From Eledone cirrhosa (lineage: Eukaryota): DNA of 64,000 nt. This document shows, piece after piece, positions 12,492 to 23,898 of the stretch (within the stretch, counting starts at the first letter, position 1; each line of letters starts with the position of its first letter). Below the pieces are notes generated by a model. The model made no database searches and was not told the DNA's origin. It saw only the letters and a list, made by a program, of their open reading frames with translations. A program made the position numbers and the translations under genes. The stretch is from positions 9,238,001 through 9,302,000 of the forward strand of contig OZ024763.1 in assembly GCA_964016885.1 (NCBI GenBank), given 5' to 3'.

Positions 12492-13894
12492 CAGGCTATA
12501 ACAGAGGAGTTCAAGACAGGCTGCCCATGGGAACTCCTATACGCAGACGACCTGACACTCATAGCGGAATCAATGGCCGAGCTAGAGAAGAAATTCCAAA
12601 CATGGAAGCACGGCCTAGAGTCAAAAGGACTTAAAATTAACCTGGCTAAGACCAAAGTTCTAGTTTGTAGGAAAGAAAACAAGGCGGCGGTCCGTTCTGG
12701 GAAATGGTCGTGATCGGTGTGTAGGAAAGGTGTAGGTAGAAACTCCATTTTATGTCCTAAATGCAAAGTATGGGTGCATAAAAGATGTAGTGGGATCACA
12801 GGTAAGCTAACTAAGAACATAGATTTTACATGTGGCCGGTGTTCTGGTGCATTAAGTAGCAGCAAGTGCCCACAAAATACTAGCTCTTTCAATTGCGCAG
12901 AGGGTTCTATAGAAATAGTGGACAGCTTCCGTTACCTGGGCGATAAAATCAGCAGTGGGGGAGGGTGCTCTGAAAGTACAGTAGCTAGAGTCAGAACTGG
13001 TTGGAAAAAGTTCAGAGAGCTTATACCACTATTAGCTGCTAAAGGGTTCTCCCTAAAAATGAAAGGCAGGTTGTACGATGCCTGCATACGAACAGCAATG
13101 CTGCATGGCAGTGAGACCTGGGCATTGTGTGCAGAGGATATACGCAGACTAGAGAGGAACGAAGCTTGCATGCTCCGCTGGATGTGTAACAGTAATATAC
13201 GTGAACGGCAAAGCATAAACGAACTAAGGAAAAAATTAGAGATAAGAGGGATCAGATGTTGTTTACTCGAGAGAAGGCTACGTTGGTATGGACACGTGAT
13301 GCGCATGAAAGTCGATAGCTGTATAACAAAGTGCAGGGCAATAAAGATAGACGGTAGTCACGGAATAGGCAGACCTAGAAAAACCTGGGACGAGCTGATA
13401 AACTCCGACATCACACACACCTCTCCAAGACAATGTCACTGGACCGAGACCTTTGGCGGTACTCAGTAACAGAGAAGACCCGCCTTACCTAAATATATAG
13501 TAAAACCTACTCCAGCCAGTAGGCATCTCTAACAAAATACACCCCATCCCACCACCCCCACCCCCACCCCATCCACACCACCCCGTTCTATGTAAAGTTA
13601 TGTTGGTGCCGCGCCATCCAGGCCGAAACAAATGAGATCGTGTAGGTGTCACGACAAAAAAACACACAGTCCACGCTGTAATGTGGCCGTGTAGGCAACA
13701 CGGTAAAAACCTCCCAGACCCACACTGTAAATGTGGTTGGTGTTAGCAAGGGCATCCAACTGTAGAAAACCTGCCAGACAATCCTATGCGAGCAAGACAA
13801 TCACTCTTGCCTCAAGTGGGACTACCCCCGTCCAAACCCATGCAAGTGTGGAACACGGACGTTAAACGTTGATTATGATGATGATGATGATGAT
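12492..13894 (+). mobile_element. RTE-clade LINE, 5'-truncated; near-identical sister of 2479-4354
   Basis: LYADD, PHD-like Cys finger, RLRWYGH, same 3' UTR and (GAT)n tail; begins directly after (TA)n. Confidence 0.93.
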
Positions 13895-13907
13895 ATGCAT
13901 GTGTGTG

Positions 13908-14182
13908 TATATATAAATGGAAAAAAATGAAACAAAATTTCATTTCTCACTCTTAGTACGGCTGTTACTTAAATATAAGTATGTATACGTACATACATAT
14001 ATGTATACAGACGTACAATAGTATGTATATATATATACATACATGCATACACATATATATATATATATACGCATGGATTTACCGAACATTTATTATAATG
14101 CTCAGTGTGTTTGTAAACAAACATCCTGAATTAAGCCGTACAGTGTTTAGCAACCATCATTGCCCTTTTGTTCAACACTGAT
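13908..14182 (+). mobile_element. 5' part of the same Helitron-like non-autonomous element as 2341-4999
   Basis: atggaaaaaaatgaaacaaaatttcatttctcactcttagtac...gcccttttgttcaacactga is colinear with 2351-2478 plus 4355-4485. Confidence 0.65.
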
Positions 14183-14649
14183 AAAATAATGCAGAAATCC
14201 ATTCTGATCAAGATGCTTATCCATAGAAGAAGACCTTACTGAAGAAAGAAAAGAATTCCTTTCATGTATAAATCTGGATACTTGCACTCCTAATAAATCA
14301 GATTTACCTTACTATTTGTGGCATTTTAAAAGATTAGTTTTATTTTTTCCATGCCAACCCATTAGATAAACAAAATGAAGTCAGTTTTGATGAAATGTGC
14401 GTCGCAGTAGGTAAAGGAGATGAGGCATGGGGAAGACATGGAAAACAGTGCTCAATTGGGAAGAGAGCAGAAATATTATATTTATGTTCTTACATGGAAA
14501 AAGGCAATATCCAAGATTTCAAGACCAAAATTTGACTATACTCCCAGAAAACAAGAGGCATGAAATTAGTGACCTTTCTTCAGGTGCTTATACGAGTTTA
14601 TAATACACCGTTAAAAGCTTTATATTTGATTACGCTCTGTGATCCAGGA

Positions 14650-15470
14650 ACGTGAGGCCTCCTGTGAGACATAGCCCAGTGGACGTCCCTCCTCCATCTC
14701 CCCCTGCTGACATCAAGTCCCCCAAAGCATTTGGGATGCCATCCAGTGCAGCCTGGCCTCAGACAGGCTCACGCGCCAGCTTGACCAGCACCGCATTACC
14801 TGTTTTCGCGCAACCTCCAAACCCACGCCTTTCCCTCCTGAACTGGCACGCAGCTGGATAAAGATAGCCTGTGCATCGGCATTTCCTTGAGGCTTGGTCT
14901 CCAGATCTGTGTGCCATACAAATGTCGCTGTGGATCCACTGTGGACTCTTGCGGCCTCCACCCACTTTCCTCTTGCCAGTGCCAGCCGCCTTCCACGCCA
15001 TGTTGCCCTCAACAAGGTCATAAAGTTGGCTTGGACGCTGCAGGCTTCCCCTCCCAGCTCGAGCAGGTGGCGCTGGACCGAGGGGACAGTAAAAGGCCAG
15101 ACGGCATGACCATCTCCCCGTTCCAGGTTCTGCTGCACGCCGGGCTGAGGAGGCCAAATTCTCCAATTCTCTGACAGGTTCGCAGGCGTGCCCTTGGCAG
15201 TGGAGACTTCTGGTGCCCTTGTCCCTAGGGGTACCTCCATACTCACCACCATAGGCGCTGAGCTGGCCAGCTGCAGGTGTAAGCCTCGCAAGTTGGAATG
15301 GCTCTTCCAGCGCATCACCCTTACCATCCTCCGAGGAAACGCCTTCTCCATTCTGTGGGGAGGCCAGCACGTGGGACCCCATTTGCTCACCATACAGAGA
15401 GATGGAGGCTCTTCCAAGTTCGGATCATATCCTTGTGGTTGTGTTCATCAAGCCCTATCGCAGTAATGAA
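14650..15470 (+). mobile_element. 3' fragment of a restriction-like-endonuclease non-LTR retrotransposon (CRE-like)
   Basis: GC-rich island; RLGxxxCxPxxCxCGxxVDxxGLHxLSC zinc knuckle, RH..LN, KRPDG, PLAVETSG, QRITLTILRGNA; frameshifts and an internal deletion. Confidence 0.8.
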
Positions 15471-15797
15471 ATAAGCCCACTGAATGAAACAGGTCCAGAC
15501 TGTCACACTGTCTGCTCATTAATTAACCCTTTCATTACCACATTACTTTGCCCCAGTTTGTTCATTTTTATTAAGGATTTTTTCCTTAAAAAAAAAAAAA
15601 AAAATGATTTTTATTAATTTCTTCATTGAGCAAAACTGGTAATGGTTCGACTTCCTCATATGTACGAGAGAGAGAGAGATAGAGAGAGAGACAGATCCAT
15701 TCTACACTCTTCCCATTCCTTTTACAGCTTGACAAATATTTAACACAACACATATTACAGCTTTAATATAGTAGATAAAATAATAACGACTACTCAC

Positions 15798-15914
15798 TTG
15801 TTTTAAATGTAAAACCACACCAGTCTTCTCTACCATTGGGTTTTTCTTATAGTTTTCCACTAAATCTGATAGACTATCAAACTGGTTGCCTCCACCAACA
15901 TCATACTTTCCATC
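15798..15914 (-). CDS. PTPN11: SHP2-like exon (exon 5 equivalent, C-SH2 second half)
   Basis: ttttag|[39 protein letters not shown]|gtgagt; 117 bp. Confidence 0.96.
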
Positions 15915-16316
15915 CTAAAAGGAAACAATTTAACTTTTAAAATCTTGCATCGAGTTATTAATTCAAATGCATATAGTACTTTTACTAGTGGAGAGACTGT
16001 CATGAAAATTTGAAGCATTGGGAAAATAGGTTATATTCAATGTGATTTTTCAATTATGAAATATCAATTATGATTTTTTTTTTAATGTTGCATGCATACA
16101 TTTATTTATTTATTTAAGAAACAAAAACACTGAGGTATAACACAGTCATATCAGTATCATTTTCCAATATATGAACCGACTGGTGTACCAGTTCATCAAA
16201 TGTACTTTTGAAGAAAAAATTTCCCTGTTTGATAAGGAAATCAGTGATTTCTAATTTAAGATCATACTTGGCTGTAAAATGTTTACTGTGAAAAAACTTC
16301 AGATGTCTAAAGAATT

Positions 16317-16550
16317 AACACTCAATGGGAGGCAAATCAGGGATATATGGGGGATGATCAATACTCAATGGGAAGCAAATCAGGTATATATGGGGGATGA
16401 TCAATACTCAATGGGAAGCAAATCGGGGATATATGGGGGATGATCAATACTCAATGGGAAGCAAATCGGGGATATATGGGGGACGATCAATATTCAATGG
16501 GAAGCAAATCGGGGATATATGGGTGATGATCAATATTCAATGCAAGCAAA
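16317..16550. repeat. 43-bp minisatellite, ~5.3 copies
   Basis: ctcaatgggaagcaaatcggggatatatgggggatgatcaata starts at 16321, 16364, 16407, 16450, 16493, 16536. Confidence 0.92.
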
Positions 16551-16615
16551 CATCAACAACTCATTGCATTTTTGTAGCATTTTTGTAACTTAGAGCATTT
16601 ACTGTGTATTAACGG

Positions 16616-19600
16616 GTACTGTGTTGTGGTGGTTAATGTGCTGTGGTGGTTACTGTGTTGTGGTGGTTAATGTGTTGTGGTGGTTAATGTGTTGTGGTGG
16701 TTAATGTGGTGTGGTGGTTAATGTGGTGTGGTGGTTACTGTGTTGTGGTGGTTAATGTGGTGTGGTGGTTACTGTGTTGTGGTGGTTACTGTGTTGTGGT
16801 GGTTACAGTGTTGTAGTGGTTACAGTGCTGTGGTGGTTACTGTGTTGTGGTGGTTACTGTGTTGTAGTGGTTACTGTGTTGTGGTGGTTACTGTGTTGTG
16901 GTGGTTACTGTGTTGTGGTGGTTACTGTGTTGTGGTGGTTACTGTGTTGTGGTGGTTACTGTGTTGTGGTGGTTACTGTGTTGCGGTGGCTACTGTGTTG
17001 TGGTGGCTACTGTGTTGTGGTGGTTACTGTGTGGTGGTGGTTACTGTGTTGTGGTGGTTAATGTGTTGTGGTGGCTACTGGGTTGTGGTGGCTACTGTGT
17101 TGTGGTGGCTACTGTGTTGTGGTGGCTACTGTGTTGTGGTGGCTACTGTGTTGTGGTGGTTACTGTGTTGTGGTGGCTACTGTGTTGTGGTGGCTACTGT
17201 GTTGTGGTGGCTACTGTGTTGTGGTGGCTACTGTGTTGTGGTGGCTACTGTGTTGTGGTGGTTACTGTGTTGTGGTGGTTACTGTGTTGTGGTGGTTACT
17301 GTGTTGTGGTGGTTACTGTGTTGTGGTGGTTACTGTGTTGTGGTGGTTACTGTGTTGTGGTGGTTACTGTGTTGTGGTGGTTACTGTGTTGTGGTGGTTA
17401 CTGTGTTGTGGTGGTTACTGTGTTGTGGTGGTTACTGTGTTGGTGTGGTTACTGTGTTGTGGTGGTTGCGGTGGTTACTGTGTTGCGGTGGTTACTGTGT
17501 TGTGGTGGTTACTGTGTTGCGGTGGCTACTGTGTTGCGGTGGCTACTGTGTTGTGGTGGTTACTGTGTGGTGGTGGTTACTGTGTTGTGGTGGTTACTGT
17601 GTTGTGGTGGTTAATGTGTTGTGGTGGCTACTGGGTTGTGGTGGTTAATGTGTTGTGGTGGCTACTGTGTTGTGGTGGTTACTGTGTTGTGGTGGCTACT
17701 GTGTTGTGGTGGTTACTGTGTTGTGGTGGCTACTGGGTTGTGGTGGTTAGTGTGGTGGTGGTTACTGTGTGGTGGTGGTTACTGTGTTGTGGTGGTTACT
17801 GTGTTGTGGTGGTTACTGTGTTGTGGTGGTTACTGTGTTGTGGTGGTTACTGTGTTGTGGTGGTTACTGTGTTGTGGTGGTTACTGTGTGGTGGTGGTTA
17901 CTGCGTTGTGGTGGTTACTGCGTTGTGGTGGTTACTGTGTTGTGGTGGTTACTGTGTTGTGGTGGTTACTGTGTTGTGGTGGTTACTGTGTTGTGGTGGT
18001 TACTGTGTTGTGGTGGTTACTGTGTTGTGGTGGCTACTGTGTTGTGGTGGTTACTGTGTTGTGGTGGTTACTGTGTTGTGGTGGTTACTGTGTTGTGGTG
18101 GCTACTGTGTTGTGGTGGCTACTGTGTTGTGGTGGCTACTGTGTTGTGGTGGTTACTGTGTTGTGGTGGCTACTGTGTTGTGGTGGCTACTGTGTTGTGG
18201 TGGCTACTGTGTTGTGGTGGTTACTGTGTTGTGGTGGTTACTGTGTTGTGGTGGCTACTGTGTTGTGGTGGTTACTGTGTTGTGGTGGTTACTGTGTTGT
18301 GGTGGTTACTGTGTTGTGGTGGTTACTGTGTTGTGGTGGTTACTGTGTTGTGGTGGTTACTGTGTTGTGGTGGTTACTGTGTTGTGGTGGTTACTGTGTT
18401 GTGGTGGTTACTGTGTTGTGGTGGTTACTGTGTTGTGGTGGTTACTGTGTTGTGGTGGTTACTGTGTTGTGGTGGTTACTGTGTTGTGGTGGCTACTGTG
18501 TTGTGGTGGCTACTGTGTTGTGGTGGTTACTGTGTTGTGGTGGTTACTGTGTTGTGGTGGCTACTGTGTAGTGGTGGCTACTGTGTTGTGGTGGTTACTG
18601 TGTTGTGGTGGTTACTGTGTTGTGGTGGCTACTGTGTTGTGGTGGCTACTGTGTTGTGGTGGTTACTGTGTTGTGGTGGTTACTGTGTTGTGGTGGTTAC
18701 TGTGTTGTAGTGGTTACTGTGTTGTGGTGGTTACTGTGTTGTGGTGGTTACTGTGTTGTGGTGGTTACTGTGTTGTGGTGGTTACTGTGTTGTAGTGGTT
18801 ACTGTGTTGTGGTGGTTACTGTGTTGTGGTGGTTACTGTGTTGTGGTGGCTACTGGGTTGTGGTGGTTAGTGTGGTGGTGGTTACTGTGTGGTGGTGGTT
18901 ACTGTGTTGTGGTGGTTACTGTGTTGTGGTGGTTACTGTGTTGTGGTGGTTACTGTGTTGTGGTGGTTACTGTGTTGTGGTGGTTAATGTGTTGTGGTGG
19001 TTACTGTGTTGTGGTGGTTACTGTGTTGTGGTGGTTACTGTGTTGTGGTGGTTACTGTGTTGTGGTGGTTACTGTGTTGTGGTGGTTACTGTGTTGTGGT
19101 GGTTACTGTGTTGTGGTGGTTACTGTGTTGTGGTGGTTACTGTGTTGTGGTGGTTACTGTGTTGTGGTGGCTACTGTGTTGTGGTGGCTACTGTGTTGTG
19201 GTGGTTACTGTGTTGTGGTGGTTACTGTGTTGTGGTGGCTACTGTGTAGTGGTGGCTACTGTGTTGTGGTGGTTACTGTGTTGTGGTGGTTACTGTGTTG
19301 TGGTGGCTACTGTGTTGTGGTGGCTACTGTGTTGTGGTGGTTACTGTGTTGTGGTGGTTACTGTGTTGTGGTGGTTACTGTGTTGTAGTGGTTACTGTGT
19401 TGTGGTGGTTACTGTGTTGTGGTGGTTACTGTGTTGTGGTGGTTACTGTGTTGTGGTGGTTACTGTGTTGTAGTGGTTACTGTGTTGTGGTGGTTACTGT
19501 GTTGTGGTGGTTACTGTGTTGTGGTGGCTACTGGGTTGTGGTGGTTAGTGTGGTGGTGGTTACTGTGTGGTGGTGGTTACTGTGTTGTGGTGGTTACTGT

Positions 19601-20412
19601 GTTGTGGTGGTTACTGTGTTGTGGTGGTTACTGTGTTGTGGTGGTTAATGTGTTGTGGTGGTTAATGTGTTGTGGTGGTTACTGTGTTGTGGTGGTTACT
19701 GTGTTGTGGTGGCTACTGGGTTGTGGTGGTTAATGTGTTGTGGTGGCTACTGTGTTGTGGTGGTTACTGTGTTGTGGTGGTTACTGTGTTGTGGTGGCTA
19801 CTGGGTTGTGGTGGTTAATGTGTTGTGGTGGCTACTGTGTTGTGGTGGTTACTGTGTTGTGGTGGCTACTGTGTTGTGGTGGTTACTGTGTTGTGGTGGT
19901 TACTGTGTGGTGGTGGTTACTGTGTTGTGGTGGCTACTGTGTTGTGGTGGTTACTGTGTTGTGGTGGTTACTGTGTTGTGGTGGTTACTGTGTTGTGGTG
20001 GCTACTGTGTTGTGGTGGCTACTGTGTTGTGGTGGTTACTGTGTTGTGGTGGTTACTGTGTTGTGGTGGCTACTGGGTTGTGGTGGTTAATGTGTTGTGG
20101 TGGCTACTGTGTTGTGGTGGTTACTGTGTTGTGGTGGCTACTGTGTTGTGGTGGTTACTGTGTTGTGGTGGTTACTGTGTGGTGGTGGTTACTGTGTTGT
20201 GGTGGTTACTGTGTTGTGGTGGTTACTGTGTTGTGGTGGTTACTGTGTTGTGGTAGTTACTGTGTTGTGGTGGTTACTGTGTTGTGGTGGTTACTGTGTT
20301 GTGGTGGCTACTGTGTTGTGGTGGCTACTGTGTTGTGGTGGCTACTGTGTTGTGGTGGTTACTGTGTTGTGGTGGTTACTGTGTTGTAGTGGTTACTGTG
20401 TTGTGGTGGTTG
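16616..20412. repeat. 17-bp satellite (gttactgtgttgtggtg)n, ~3.8 kb, intronic
   Basis: About 220 monomers with ggcta/ttaat/tagtgg variants; source of all the VVVTVLWWLLCCGGYC ORFs. Confidence 0.98.
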
Positions 20413-20649
20413 CTGGGTTGTCATGGTTGAGATACAACCATGTAGGGGGTCAACTAAATCTAAATAGGTGTGAGCTGTAAATTTCATTTTTTATTTCAAT
20501 ACTCTTTCAATACAAACTAATTTGATCAGGACTTCACAAAGTTGTTCATATAGATACCTAAAAGTGAATAAAAGCTTAGGGAACCAGAGAGGGTGAATTT
20601 ACTAGTTTCCCTTAATGGTAGGAGAACAAAAATTGCTGGATCCTATAAA

Positions 20650-20995
20650 CTAGCTGCCAGATATCACACAGCTAGCAGGATGTCTGACTGGGTGCCAGAT
20701 ATTACACACATAGCAGGATGCCTGACTGAGAGTCAGATATCACACAACATATAGGATGTCTCTGGGAGACAGATATCACACAGCATATAGGTTGTCTCTG
20801 GGAGTCAGATATCACACAGCTATCAGGATATCTACCAGGGAGCCATTAATCACACAGCTAGCAGGATGTCTACTAGGGAGCCAGATATCACACAGCTAGC
20901 AGGATGTCTACCAGGGAGCTAGATATCACACAGCTAGCAGGATGTCTACTAGGGAGCCAGATATCACACAGCTAGCAGGATGTCTGACTGGGTAA
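20650..20995. repeat. 36-39-bp minisatellite, ~9 copies
   Basis: gccagatatcacacagctagcaggatgtctactaggga repeated. Confidence 0.9.
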
Positions 20996-22939
20996 GATGG
21001 CACCCACAAACAGCCCATTCAAAACAAACAGGTCGTTTAACTATGTTCTGAGATGATTTTAGTAAAAAGATTATTTAATAATTCAAACATTAAAGGTGCA
21101 TTTCCATTTATAGTCAGGAGTACACTTCAGTTAACTTCCCTATTGTTGATGATTTACAAGATAAACACACCCAGTAGACTCAATAAAGTAGTTAGTGATG
21201 TGAAGTGCATTCAGCATAGAAAACCTGCCAAACAAAGGGCCAGGAGGACCCTTAAGTTGTGTCAGACATGACAACCTCTGCTGGTGCCATAAAATGTTCT
21301 CGGTAAGGGGCAGGAACATATGCAAAAGAGATGCAGGTTCCTGATTCAACATAGAGCCAGTACTTCAGCTTTGAGTAACAATGACCTGTCGAATCATTGC
21401 TGGTAGGGAAAACGGACCTTAAACGAAGATGATGATAAGTTTAGTGAAGCTTTTCAATTACAAGTTGTATTAAACACTGATGAATTAGTCGATTGTTATA
21501 ATTTAGCGTCCATTCCCACTGCTAGCAAAGGTTGGACAGGTCACAGACCAAGTTAGTACACAAGTGAGAGCTACTGACCCCTTAAACAGACAGGGGGTGA
21601 GGGGTGGGGATGCATATACATTTCTGTACCTTGAGGTAGATAGCCTGCAGTAGCACCAAAAACCAACATAATACTATACACAGAAAAATGAGAGAGAGGG
21701 GGATGAGAGGAGGGAGAGAGAGACAAAGAAAGATAGATAGATAGAGAGAGAGGGTGAGAGGTTGGTGTAATGTATGCATGTACCTTTGTTGTTGATCTTA
21801 TTTCATAACAACCAAGAGGACAGTAAGCAGTGGGGGAATATATAGGGGCGGAGAACTATTCAAATAATTAGGCTTAGGTGAGAAGATAGAGGAGAAGGGT
21901 GAGGTTATGTCAATGTCTAGGTAAGAGATCCCCCCCACTGTTTTATTCAAAGAAGTCAGAGAAAAAAACCATACAGGCAGCTGTCCTTGTGGAAGACAGA
22001 TATTGTCTTCAAGTTTAAAACAAAAACTTCAATTAAGTAAATGAAGACAAAAAAATACAAAAAAAAAAAAGCAGGTGAAACTCCTGATAGTAGAGGGATC
22101 CAACACCTGCCTAGGCACAGGATGAGTGGAGGTGTAAGACATACAAAAAGCAATGAATGAATTTAATATAACAACCGTTTTAACTCTTAATGTCCTGAAA
22201 TGGGTTTATTCATTCAAATGTTTACAATATCTTTACTAATGGACAGATTGTTATAAAAATTTAAAGTATCAGTCTAAAGACTTTAATTTTTACTATAGTG
22301 CTGTTTTATACTTTTAAAGAACGTCTTGCTTAAATGGTTTCATGAGATATGTTAATTCAACTGTTTATAGTATCTTTACTGAACAGATTGTAAAAAAATC
22401 TTATATTTGTAAAGTGATGTAGTCATAGGGCTATTTTGTACCTATTGGTTTCATGTGGTTTATTATTTCAATAGTTCAGATTGTTGTGAAAATTTGTTGG
22501 ACATGATTTCTACAGCTGGATTCTCTTCCTAATTAATGCCAACTACTTTACAAAGTGTAGTAGGTGCATTTTATCATGATACCAGCACTAGTGAAGCGGT
22601 CATGCTTCTTTGACACAACTGATGAGCCCCCCCCCCCCCCCCCCTTCTCAATCCTTTTTTTTTTTAACAGTTATTATCACAAACCACTTTAAAGAGAGTA
22701 CTTGGTGCATTTTATTGAAGACAAACATTAGGGTTGTCATGCTCTTGTCACAACTGAAGAATCCCCTCAAGCCTTTATTTGGCTTGGTTGCTATGGCTGG
22801 ATTCCCTTCCTACTGCCAACCACTTTAGAGAGAGAGTACTGGGTGCATTTTATTGAGACACCAACACTACGGTGGCTATTATGCCCTGTATAATATCTTT
22901 TAAAGTCAAAATAAGAATGAAGTTTAAGTGCTGACTCAC

Positions 22940-23102
22940 CAGAAATCTGATCATAACATGAGTGACCCAAGAATCACAGCGCACTGATAAGACATAATCT
23001 CCTGGTTTACTTTGACTCTCACGAACCAAATAGCTCCCATTTTTGCCTTTCTTCATTAAATATTTCTCAGCTTCTTTACCCGTTATGTGTCCATGGAACC
23101 AT
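22940..23102 (-). CDS. PTPN11: SHP2-like exon (exon 4 equivalent, C-SH2 first half)
   Basis: tttccag|(R)[54 protein letters not shown]|gtgagt; 163 bp; YLVRES signature. Confidence 0.96.
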
Positions 23103-23274
23103 CTGGAAATAGCCAGATGGGAGAAACAAAACAAAAAGAAAAAAATATATAATTGGCAAAAAAAACCTCCCCCCCAAAAAAAATTAAAAAACTTCATAGG
23201 AATTCCTTCACACCAAATAGAAGAAACCATTTCAATCTCTCTCTTTCTATTTCTTCCTTTTATTCCTCATTTTA

Positions 23275-23310
23275 TCTTCTGATGAAGGACTAGAGTCTGA
23301 AATGTTAGGA
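23275..23310 (+). ncRNA. decayed minimal hammerhead motif in the intron between exons 3 and 4 (antisense to gene)
   Basis: tctt-CTGATGA-a-ggac-taga-gtct-GAAA-tg-tt-agga. Confidence 0.5.
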
Positions 23311-23562
23311 CTCTTTTCCTACTATATCAAGCATTAAACTAGCATATTTCCTCTTTATCATTTACTGTGTTATTTTTTTTTCTAGGAACTTTTTGCATCA
23401 CACACACGTGTGTAAAATAAATCATTGTGAGGTATGTAATAAATAAGAGTGTTGGGAAAGGCAATGGAGACAGAAATATAAAAATGGAACTGGGGTAAAA
23501 AGCATAACAAAACAAAAAAGAAGGAATGAACAAAAAAGAATTAGAAAGAAAGAGTTGGTTAC

Positions 23563-23757
23563 CTTTCAGTGGTGGGGTCAGCAGAATTTAAGGGGTACTT
23601 CAACTCAATCACTTCACCATTTTTTTCTTTCAGTTGGTCCTGATTTTCCATATAATGCTGAACCAGCTCTGCCAGGGTGGCAAACTTCTCACCACCATAC
23701 AGATCATAGTAGTCCCCAGTGCTCTGTATTTTGATATGGGTCACCTCTCCATTGCGT
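23563..23757 (-). CDS. PTPN11: SHP2-like exon (exon 3 equivalent, N-SH2 second half)
   Basis: tgcag|[65 protein letters not shown](R)|gtaacc; 195 bp. Confidence 0.96.
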
Positions 23758-23898
23758 CTGCATCACACCAATACAAATATACACAGAAAAAAAAAACATT
23801 AATTAAAAACAATTAAAAAAACAATAGGAGGGGTCATCACATCCATTTTGCCTGGACTAGCTCCCTGCCAGGCACACAGGATATGTATATATATATAT

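Noticed and set aside
14210-14600. Possible Helitron Rep coding remnant
   Set aside because: Only a vague resemblance; no motif could be confirmed by eye
16616-20412. CRISPR-like or telomeric array
   Set aside because: No unique spacers, no cas genes, eukaryotic context; the unit is not TTAGGG-like
16728-20480. Long Cys/Trp/Val-rich ORFs (up to 575 aa)
   Set aside because: Same peptide in all three frames because a stop-free 17-mer is repeated; satellite, not a gene
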